Of a DNA stretch of 64,000 nt, positions 1 through 10,299 are shown piece after piece. This stretch comes from Haplodiscus bocki (lineage: Eukaryota). Under the pieces are notes generated by a model. That model was not told where the DNA came from. It did no database searches and saw nothing but the letters and a program-made list of their open reading frames with translations. Numbering within the stretch: the first letter of the stretch is position 1; the number at the start of each line of letters is the position of its first letter. The position numbers and the translations under genes are program-made. The stretch is from the NCBI GenBank assembly GCA_965655095.1, contig OZ296659.1, positions 75,392,001 through 75,456,000 of the forward strand, written 5' to 3'.

Positions 1-579
1 TGTCTGATTAGACTGTTCATCTGTATTGTTGCTGATTCCGTCTTCAGACTTTTTTTTGGCTCGAAGGTTTCAAAAAAATTAGAAAATCACGTGATCTGGT
101 AGACTCCAAATTTCCTATTTGTTACTTCATTGCATCAGATGGGACACAGGGGCCTCTGCTGGTGCCATTCCCATCAGAATAGCTTCTGCAGAAGCCATTG
201 ATGATAGTGTTGTTTTTCATTTTTTCGGGTGTACCGAGGTAGTGTTTGTTAAATTAGAATAACACCTATGATTGATTCGCTTCTCGAGTGAGTCTTCTTG
301 CAAGACTGAAACGTGGCTGAAATCTATGCGTTCATAACATGTTCATCCTAATCGAAAAACTAAAGAACTTTGAAAAGAAACTTTTTGTCTGAAGTTTGAT
401 TAAACCATGACACTAATATTGTTTACCATCTGCTTCGGACAACATTTTTTTTCGCAGAAACTCATGTCTTGTGACCAAACGTCAATAAAGTTTTGTTCAA
501 CTCAGCATAAAGATGACTTTTCATTTTAGAGAAACACAAATTGTGCCTGGAGAAAGCAGAAGCTCTGTAGAAGCACTAG

Positions 580-904
580 TGTCGGACTGAGACATGGCCG
601 TACCAGAAGTGGTACCGAGCTCAGTCCTGGGGTAGGAATTCGGATGCCTTGAGGTAGACATTCCTTGTAACAGCCCAGTCAACTCCTCTAGCTGGTGGGT
701 CAGAGGAGCAAAAAACCCTCTAATCTGTCCGTTGACGGCCTCTTGTGTCAATGTTTGAATCTCTGGAATTTCTTATTCGACATTTTCCGACGAACTTCCG
801 TTCGCGATTTCCTCAGTACTACCGTGATGGCTTATTTCGCGTTCGTCTGACGTTTGATAGCGTTTTCCGTTTCTAAGTTCTCTGCAGTTGGTGGAATGAC
901 GCAT
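580..904 (-). pseudogene. LTR-embedded gag-like ORF (MRHSTNCRELRNGKRY...TQEAVNGQIRGFFAPLTHQLEELTGLLQGM...SQSD) with one nonsense codon
   Basis: ATG at 904 is in frame with track ORF 521..751. A single TAA lies at 773-775. The LRNGK N-terminal motif and a predicted amphipathic helix are gag-like. The frame reaches the CA at 580. Confidence 0.5.
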
Positions 905-1268
905 TCAAAGTTTCAAGATTTGAAATTTCTTTCGATAGTTTCGTTATATCAGTAATTTTACAAAAGTAGCAGTATTTTAACGATTTTCACAAAACTATTA
1001 ATAAAAAGCGATGTAAGTTAAATATAAGCGAAAACAGGCCTAGGTCAAAATATTAGCACTTTCTGAAAACGTAATAATCCAGGCAAGCGCGAGCGGTGTT
1101 CCTTGATTCCGCTCAGTTTATGTCGGTGCTCGGTGGATTCGCGTGGTCACGTGACCGACTGAAAGATTAATTCTCACTATCGGAGTTTTCTCATAGGTTC
1201 ATTTGCAATATAAGTAATTAACTAAATAGGGTGTGAAACGCAAATCTACCGCAGACGTGAGGGCTACA
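580..1268 (-). mobile_element. Probable solo LTR (family 2) containing a gag-like N-terminal ORF
   Basis: On the minus strand it begins TGTAGCCC (1268) and ends GTCCGACA (580). AGCAC occurs at 572-576 and 1269-1273, a TSD-like pair offset by 3 nt from the CA end. It contains a perfect GGTCACGTGACC palindrome at 1145-1156. Confidence 0.5.
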
Positions 1269-1994
1269 AGCACATAGCATGAAACTTATGCCAATTTGTT
1301 GCAATCAATCTGCATAAAATAAATATGGCGTAAAATAACAAATCATATAACTGAACTAATTGAAAATTAGAGAATCAGTACATTTTTCACTATAGTTGTA
1401 AGGTCACTATTGTAAATCTGCGTTGATAATAAGCTATTTCATTTTTCATCGGATTTCATCGTTCCGTCTATATCTACCCGTTTTGTTCGTATTTTAATGT
1501 CAGGTAGTTCTTCTTTTCGATGAAATCCTATGTTTTTGTTAAGTTGAGTATCAGAGCTCCATAAATTGCTGAGTTCGGTTAATACTGAACTAGATCGTTG
1601 AACAACGAGGAAATTGGAAGTTTTCAGCACATACTGTTATTTACAAGTCACGTTGAGTCGCGGTTTTCATTCTGTCGATGAAAAAGAATATACTTCTACA
1701 CAGGTTGTCAGTTTACTCGAGAGCTTTTCATCATTCGGATGGAAACCAATGAATTCTAAATTGTTGCTAAATGTCACAGTAGGAGGTTTACACGGGTCGA
1801 ATGTAAACCGATGAAATTTGTTTCGTCCACTAAATCATTCCATTGCTACTTACAGGCTTGTAAAACGTCAGTAGTTTTATTCTGGTCTGTCGCATTCTAC
1901 TATGCGTCTTGTTCGGAATGAAATTTCAGAGGGCAACATTCAATTGTTTGCCGTTGAAAGCAACAACAATAAAAAACTGCATTGGAAAAATCGT

Positions 1995-3599
1995 TGTCGC
2001 AGCACATCTGCGAAGCCTGCGGACAACCCCTGCCCGAAGAAAGGACATCTTCTGAGTCAGATTGAATTCAGCACTCGACATTTTTGCTTGAAAAAACTTA
2101 GTCCTTTCATTACTTAACTTGCATGTGAAGTGATTCGTAGATATATGGATCTCCACCGCGTAATGTTCAAGATTGGAACGGATCCGTTATGGAACACACG
2201 AATATTCACCTAGTAGTTCACTCTGTTTTCGAAAAGTGCTAGTTTTACAGAAATTTGTAAAAATTCAATGTAAATTCACCTTTTCAAAAGAACTAAAGTG
2301 TAGTAACTTGCTTAAATTGATGCTGTGATTGAATATGATCAAAAGCAATTGTAGCTCAGCGAAAGTCACGTTATGAAAGAATGTTTGCTTCGTACGTATT
2401 CTGTTGCTACTAATCTGGTGACGTCACACCTGAAATCACTCCAAATACTATGCCACCATGTTGTGCCGGAAAGAGCTAATTGCAGAACAATTCTGTATTC
2501 ACTCATTTCACTCATGCAGCAGCACTGCTATTAGCAGTGCTACAAGTAGATATGTAACCATTCCGGAACGGCCTAGGTGAAAGGAGGAAAAAATTGGTAA
2601 AATTGGGGACTGACTAGAAACGCTCCTAGTTCCAGCCAGCCTACTTTTTACCTGAAAAATAGTGTAGAAGTTGGATTAAAAAATTTCCGTAACCAAACAG
2701 GAAAAAATGAACTTTTTATTGTTATAATTTTAATATCACCGATGAATTTTATTACTAATTTTCAATTATTTAAAAACTTCTGATCTACTGTTTTTCTTTT
2801 ATTTATTGTGTCGGTGCCGACCAAAAAAGCACTCTGATGTTCATTTCTGACTAATTAGGTCCGAAAAAGTTCTATCGAAAGATGGGAGGGACGCAACCTA
2901 TAAGGCAAGAAAAGGAAAGAAAGGTGTTTTTTGGTCTGAGTTGGAATTTCTCCTTTGAAAACTTATGAATAAATTACTTTTTCATACTTTGTATTGACAC
3001 TTGGCATGTAAACATTTATGTTTCTCGCCAAGGAAAAGTTTTGAATTGGAAAAAACGGAAATACCATTTTTTCATCCCTAAAATTGTTTTTATTGTTGGT
3101 TTACTGTGCTTATTGCGACTAGTTCCTTATTTCGAAAGTGATAATTTTCTTATACTCTCGAGTTTGTTAAATTATAAACCAAAACTCAGTCATCACCACC
3201 CCTTAGCAATTTCCCTTCAAGAGATGGCAACATTGAGAAACAAGGGAAATTGCCAGCCGTTGCAAGAGAAAGCCAAGAGAAACACGTCCAATCCTAGAAT
3301 CAATGAGGATTACAAAACCCAGGTATTTGAAGAGATAGAATGCAAGGTCACTAAAATTTATTCAAGGAAATCAACAAGACAGAGTCTCTCTTTTGGACGC
3401 TCTGTCTAAGCTAGACGAGTTTCCGTTGAACCTATATGTACAGACACAATCCGGAACGATTTCAGGAAAATAACGGAACACAGAAGTGAAAACTAGGAAC
3501 TAAAATACGATCTTTCCAAGAGCTATACTGTTCCTGTAGTTTCCCCAGCCTATTGCTCCCATCACTCAGTCGATTCAAACCCAGACGAGAATCCTCGCA
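1995..3599 (+). mobile_element. Solo LTR, family 1 copy A (1605 bp)
   Basis: Starts TGTCGCAGCAC and ends CCTCGCA. Exact 5-bp TSD ATCGT at 1990-1994 and 3600-3604. Collinear homology with copies B and C. Confidence 0.88.
3224..3599 (+). pseudogene. Frameshifted gag-like N-terminal ORF (MATLRNK...DYKTQVFEEIECKVTK...LSKLDEF) inside LTR copy A
   Basis: Homologous to the intact ORF at 7871..8326, with several frameshifts. Confidence 0.75.
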
Positions 3600-4714
3600 A
3601 TCGTAACTAGCGCAAACTGGATTGATTGACAAACAAACTTGAAAAATGCTGCGGCCAAAAAACAAAGACTTGAAAAAGTAGTGTCCTTGAAGAGAAGTTA
3701 GCTACGCCGAGTGAGGCACCATAGGGCTAGCCACAAAGCAATGGAAAATTCAATACGTTTTTGACATCACGAAATTTTGAGTCCCCATTTTCTGTTTTCT
3801 GGAATTTCATATTCACTTCTGAGATAGTGGGGAAAATACCATCGTGGATTCACATGATCCAACGCTCTACGCCAAGCCGACAAACTCAGACCTAAACGTC
3901 TTCCAATAAAAGTTCTAGTCCTATTCATTCCTTTTCACAAAACTAAAAAAGAGTGGAAACAATTTTAAAAAGGCATTCTCTTTTATTTACTCATCTTTAG
4001 CGGAAAGTTTATCTGAGTTCAATTTGGTGCTGCTTTTCTGTCAGCCTGGACCCTCACAGTCTGTTTCTGATGACCTTGCGACAAAACGGGCTGATCATGC
4101 ATCACTTAAACATTTCCTGCATAATATCATTGTCGTCGAATTCCTGGTTTTCTTTATTAGTTTCCCATTAAATTCCGGGAACATTTCCGAATTTGACTAG
4201 AACTTGAGTTCAGAAGAATTTTGTCTACCTTCCGTTTTTTATCACTTTCATTTGTCCTAATTACAACTTTTTTTTCAGCAGTAGACATAGTTCTTTACAC
4301 GCCACGTCAAAATACAAAGTAGAGAAAAGTACCAGTGATTTCTCAAAATTGAAGTGTAAATGCCCATTCAATCAGGAAAAACAACCTTCCGTCCTTTTCT
4401 TCCTTCGTAAGTTGTATTTTTTCCATCTTTCGGCGGGAAGAAGATGAATCAACTCCGTCGGAAAGAGGCTTCATTGTGAAAAATAGCGTGCTGACAAAAA
4501 ACTTATGTAAAAATTGCACCAACAAAATGTTTTCCTTCATAAAGGGAATATGCAAATGATCTTAGAATCAATCAACTAACCTTTTAGTGGTTATATTTCA
4601 GGAGGAAAAGCGAGCAAATGACTTGAAAAAAAACTGTTGGAGCGAATTTGAACTAGAAATGTTCCTTTTTTGTTCCTCATTTGTATTGAAAATTTTCAGC
4701 CTGTTTCAGAAAAA

Positions 4715-5289
4715 TTGCGTTTTCTCCCAACGGGACTACTAGTAGCGGCGAATATTCGTGAATAAGATACGCAGCATACTGAAGTTCGAATTCGTTCCTA
4801 GCCCAAACTCTTTAGCCTGAGTATGAAGGAATAACAGAACTTGTGATGTCACCAGACTGGTAATGATAGAACACGTAGGAGACAAAAAATCACTCCTGGA
4901 GTCTCTTTCGCTTCCATACAGCTGCGCTGATTTCCTTGCCTAGTGAAGACTATATCAATCACATCCTTTTTTTCGTACACCCAATGAATTACAATAAGAT
5001 ACTATGAAGGTGTTTTAGGGAGGTAAAAAACAAAGAAATTGAAATTAATGCATCACCTCGGAACTCTCACATGAGGTTAGTTAAAGTCTAGTTTGTTTGG
5101 TACCTATGCTAACTCAATCGGGTTCACTTGGATAAAACTCCATACGTATATAAAAGCATCAGCATAAACTTTCCGTATAAAAACACGAAATGTATAGTTT
5201 ATTATCCATTTCAACAGTTTCTCTGCGGAATATGGAAATTTCCTCTTTCGGAATCATTTGTTCACAAGCTTCGCAGATGCGCTGCAGCA
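4715..5289 (-). mobile_element. Truncated family 1 LTR (5' part only), copy D
   Basis: Minus strand starts TGCTGCAGCGCATCTGCGAAGC, compared with TGTCGCAGCACATCTGCGAAGC in copy A. It carries the conserved TCTGGTGACnTCAC block (core 4843-4852). The left boundary is approximate. Confidence 0.6.
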
Positions 5290-7870
5290 CTCCCCCTTTT
5301 TAAGAATAAACATGACCCTAGTTTTTTTCATCTTCACTTCCTCAGCAGTGAGAAACTCAATTCTACGGATGACCCGTGGCAATCATCGGTGAAAAACTTA
5401 CTGACGTCCGATGGGATATACCAAGGGTTAACTGAAATTGTTTTCTGAGTAGGCTTTCAAAAATCTGTAACGTTATGCATGCTAAAAGGCACCTGTGGAG
5501 GGAACGGTTTTCATGGTATGTCAGTTTAAGATCATTGTCCTGCATCGGGTCATGAATGACATTTGCATAGGGTCCATTGTGTCCAATGGTCAGAATGGCA
5601 AATCTAAAGATATCAAGCTGGAGGGGGGAAAGGTGTTTATCTCCCTGTTGCATATGGAATGCTGGCCTCATTAGTGTCAGAGTTTACGGTCACATTTTGT
5701 GGCTCCATGATTATAGGGAAGATGTGACGAATTTCTCTAATCTTCCGACTCTTTTTACTAGTTTAGAAGTAGAACTGCCGGGCTTGTTGCTCTCAGTGAG
5801 CTCTGCTACTGCAAAGATGTCTCGATGAAGAAAAAGAACGGAACCGAGTGCAATCTAGTCAGAGGAGTAAATCAGGATTGAATTCATGCACTGAATTTTT
5901 TCATGAAAGCTATTGAATTTGAGCTGAAGAGTCTCTTGAGTGACTAGCTTAATCGGGGAATTGATGATGGCTACCATTGGTTCAGATTTTTTTGTAGTTT
6001 TTGTAGTAAAACGCTAGGTTGATGAAGCTAGATGAAGATTGGTGAGTTTGGAATTTGATTGGTTTTGAAGCAAATCAAGAATATAAACTTTCAAAAAATG
6101 AAGAACAAGTGAGCATCGCTACCAATGTGTCCCGGAAATCTCATGCTGATGCCAATCCAGGCAGAAAGAGTAGTGAGCCTTAAAATTGTCAAGAGTTTAT
6201 TGAAAAATTAACGTAAAACCAGCGTTTGTTAGCCACTTCTTCCTTCTGGATTTGCATAATATTAGATATAAACTTCATCGTCGTTTAGAATTGCTTTCCG
6301 TCTCAAGTTGAGAAAAGGTCCGAAGTTCTTGTTGCCGAAGCTGATACGTCAACTCACTAGTTTTCCTCGCCGTTCTAAGTCTACTCGAGGAAAGAAGTTG
6401 ATCTTGAAAGAGGTGAAGATGATCCACATTGAATTCGGGAGCGGAATGTGGTGTTGTTTTCTGGTGCTTTTGGTCAAGCTCCTATCGATGAAGGACTTGA
6501 AAGCAATGTTGAGGTATCTCTTTCAGTTGAAGGCACAGCGATTGGCGATGGAAATCGTCATGATCAAAAAATGAATGCTGTTGTTGTTGTTGTTTTTCGA
6601 TTAGGATTGTGAAAAAACTCGAATCAGAAGGCTCCCGATTCTTGGAGAATGAGCAGAAAGCAATACTGGAGAGACAGACTATATATATGTTCATGTGTAC
6701 AAGAAGAACAAGTTTTTGTTTTATTGTTAAAGTAAATCAGTTTTTCAACTGTTTGAATGATTTTCGAGTTTTTTTTCTTTCCAGTGATTTCGTACTGTTT
6801 CATAACCTATTGAAAAACCGATACGACATCATAATTTTCACTGATGTTTTTCCTGCTGAAGTGATTGTTTTCGTAGTACCTAGTTCAACTTACAATATAC
6901 TATTGCAAGCTAAATTTTTTCGTGCAAACAAAAGTGCAAAAATTTATCACACAAACCGCGTATATGCTTTTGAAAGTTCTCACTGGTCCATTGAAACCAT
7001 ATTCGGTTATCCCAGTTTCGGATAAAGCGAAAAAAATTTGATTGTCTTTCGATTTAATCACTGCTATTTCACGATTGGTTGTAGTAATTCATGTTTCAAT
7101 GACTCCCTGAGCGTTTATCTATTATTTGTTCATGAGTCAATATGACTGGAATAACGTCGATTGAAATAATTCTACTTCATGTAACAACTAAAAAAAAGTT
7201 GGAAAGATGTTTCCTGCATGTAAAATGCTTTCATATCCGTATTGGAAATTGGAAAGTTTCAGTGATTTGTTGTCCAGCCCTTTCTGCCATTATCTTATAA
7301 AACGCTGTCAAATGTTACAAAAGTCATGAAAGGAAACGTCGCCGCTACGGATGAAATTTAGGTACGCGATTTTTCATGTGATTCATTGAAAATCTTTAAA
7401 AAGATCTTCTTTGACACCTAAAATCTTATAAAATTTAAACGCGTTGTCATCGAAGGCACAGTTTCAGACAGTATCAAAAACACCCTATTTTTACAGCAAA
7501 AAGAAGGAAAAAATTACTTCCTGGAATTATTTTATATTTGCAAGAGATGAGCACTAAACCTCAGCGTTGTCGGGCATCGAATGAGAAAAACTGAAGAAAA
7601 GTTCGAATTATTGGAAAACATTTTTGACATTCTTTGTTTTGTTTTGTTTTCGAATCCTTGTTTCTACACTCTTTGTGGCGCACCTGGTTGGCTCATGGTT
7701 TTTCCAATGGAATACATTGGATAAAAACCTTGTTGTTATTTTTTACCGTGGATTTTTTTTCGAAAGGAAATTATTCAATTCAATATTCGGGGTCTTTTCT
7801 TTTCCCTTATTTTATCCAAGATGCGCGGTCTTCCTATTGCGCAGCAGAATTGTTAGTGACTCGCGTTATT

Positions 7871-8326
7871 TTAGTTGGAGGTGGCATAACGGTTAATGTG
7901 AGGGTAGTTTTCGGTCACCATATGCGAGTTGGTTTCTGTCTCTGGGCTATTGAGTTGGCCAGAGTGATGAGGAAAATACCCCACTTCGAGATAGGGATCA
8001 TCTATGGAGTGATCTCCATGAGTTTCCCGGTTTTCCAAAATAGCGTTTCTGGACGTTCCTTGAACAGCTACGGAACAAGTCCGAACTTGTGGGTTCAGAA
8101 GAAACTCGTCAAGTTTCGACAAGGCACCCAGGATACGTGACTCCGTTTTGCTAAACTCCTTAGAGAGTTTCTTGGTTACTCTCCCCTCAATCTCCTCGGA
8201 GACCTGGGAGATATAATCTTGGGTTAACTCAGCGTCAGGTACATTCTGTCCTCTACTGCTTCTACTGCCTTCAGGCGTTTCTCTTGAGACTGCCGCTAAT
8301 TTTCTCTTGTTTCTCAATGTTGCCAT
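7871..8326 (-). CDS. Intact 151-aa ORF, probable LTR-retrotransposon gag N-terminus encoded in the LTR (143 codons in the LTR, remainder from flanking DNA)
   Basis: ATG start and open frame. Homologs occur in copies A and C with a conserved core YISQVSEEIEGRVTKKLSKEFSKTESRILGALSKLDEFLLNP. Gag identity is inferred from position, not from a recognised domain. Confidence 0.6.
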   Translation of the reverse strand: MATLRNKRKLAAVSRETPEGSRSSRGQNVPDAELTQDYISQVSEEIEGRVTKKLSKEFSKTESRILGALSKLDEFLLNPQVRTCSVAVQGTSRNAILENRETHGDHSIDDPYLEVGYFPHHSGQLNSPETETNSHMVTENYPHINRYATSN

Positions 8327-9660
8327 ACTTCTTGAGGGAAAATCCTGTCAGTGGTGAAGGCTGAATTTATCTTTTCTTGTATTAATAAAAGTCTCGTCTA
8401 AATCTGAGGGAATAAACTTTCAACAGTTCAAGCAGTCAAAAAGGTGATTTTTAAAGAGAATTACAATACTCAAAGGTCTCAATATTTTATAATAATCATT
8501 GTACTTTCATTTCTCCTATTTATGCCTTTCCTTGGCGGGAAACATAATTGTTTACACGCCAGATCAAGGTACAAATAGGGAAAAGTACTTTAATCATAAT
8601 ATTTATCAAAGGGAAAGATGCCGACTCTGGCGAGAAATAACACCTTTCCGTCCATTTCTTCCCTCACGGACCGCGTCTTTTCCATCATTCGACAGGAAAG
8701 AGTACGGTCCGATCCGTCGGAAATGGACATCAAAGTGGTTATTCCCGCGCCGACACCATAAATAAAAACATAAACAAAAGATCAAAATTATTTCCGTACA
8801 AGGAATAAATACTATAATACAAGTGAAAAAATATTCTAAAGTATGGAGAAATGAGGTTTATAATACAAAAAGATTCATGATTACATGCTGCATCAATTAA
8901 AACTACTGTTTGGAACAGACTAGGCGTATTTCCTAGCCCGTTCCACGTTTCTACCAGCTCAGGCCCCACTTTGGCCGGAGCGTTCCGTGGCGGCTACGTA
9001 GCCGCTTGTAGCACTGCCTTCTGCAGTGCTACTGAGGAGAATGATTCTGGTGGCTACGTAGACGTCCCGTGTCCGTCCAAAGTGAAACAGCGTAGTAGCA
9101 CAGTGGATTGGCTGGAATTCTAGTGAGGTCACCAGATTAGTTACGACGGAACACATACGGAACAAATATTCACTTTTAAAGTCAAGCTCTGTTCTAATAG
9201 TCAAGCTATTGAAAACTTGTTAAAGCTTCAATCTAAATAGATTGCTGCACAAATCAAAAAGTGGGTTTATATAATATTTAAGTAGATTATTTATATAAAT
9301 TAGCACCTGAAATTAATATAAAAATACAGTGAATATTCGTTTGCTCCGCATCTATTCCGTCCCAATAAGGATCAGTTCACCAGAATTACACGTGTCGGAT
9401 ACGTGCTTTTTACATGGAAATAATATTATGGGACGATACGTAGCCACTACGTATCGTCTAGATAAATTACATGTGTGCGTACTAGGTGGATATGTATCTA
9501 CTACGTATCCTTAAATGAGTAAATTAATGAGCACATGATGCAATTTTAATTCATGAGTACGTTTGATTGTCTTTACAGTTCTAATCCCTGCTTGATTGAC
9601 CTGGGGTGTCCTTTGCTGAGGGGATCGTCTGACCGCAGGCTTCGCACACGTGCTGCGACA
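7897..9660 (-). mobile_element. Solo LTR, family 1 copy B (1764 bp)
   Basis: Element strand starts TGTCGCAGCAC (9660) and ends CCTCACA (7897). Exact 5-bp TSD GTTAA at 7892-7896 and 9661-9665. Confidence 0.9.
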
Positions 9661-10299
9661 GTTAAATACCCGACAGGTGATGGATTGGAGGCCTGCTACC
9701 GGCCACACTTCAAAGACTTTTCAGACACCAAGTAAAATATTCTTATTTTTGTTAGCGGGAAACAGGGATTTTCCGAAAAAGAACGGGGCTTTTCGACGAA
9801 TGGGCTCACTTTCTTCCTCGTAATTTTTCCGTTTTCGACGTAACTGCAACAGAACTTTTTTAAAAAAGTTTTTCATTGCAATGGGACGTTCACTGATTTT
9901 CCTAAACAGTCGAAAAAAATTGTTTCAGAAACCGTTGAAAGTTTTATTTACAATTGTGAACAATTGAGTTTTCACTCCAGCTCTTGGGTGTCAGTTTTCT
10001 GTGCGGTCTCCTATTTTCTTCGGTGTCAAAAGCTACAAAGAAGGATAAAAGATGTTGCCGGTGGAACAAATCTTTCTGTGATTCCCACATTGAACGAAGG
10101 CCAAAAAACAATTAGTTTCAAAACTCCATGAAGTTGCGTCTCACTTATCTCCAAGGTTACTACATTCAGTTCTTTATTCTCGGTCACAATGAAAAACGTT
10201 CTCTTCGTATCAACATTTTCCACTTAAAAGTTCCTCGTCTTTTTTCTTGCATCTATATCCTGATAGACCGGTTATGGTATTAACCATTAGATGTAAAAA

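Noticed and set aside
5300-6600. Coding-like stretch on the minus strand
   Set aside because: Many stops and no recognisable motif. Probably decayed TE, but unsupported.
8499-8765. Similar antisense ORFs MYFHFSYL... (8499..8765) and MYFSFSYL... (25683..26018)
   Set aside because: They lack an ATG start, shift frame relative to each other and are not open in copy A. Nucleotide homology of the LTRs explains the similarity.
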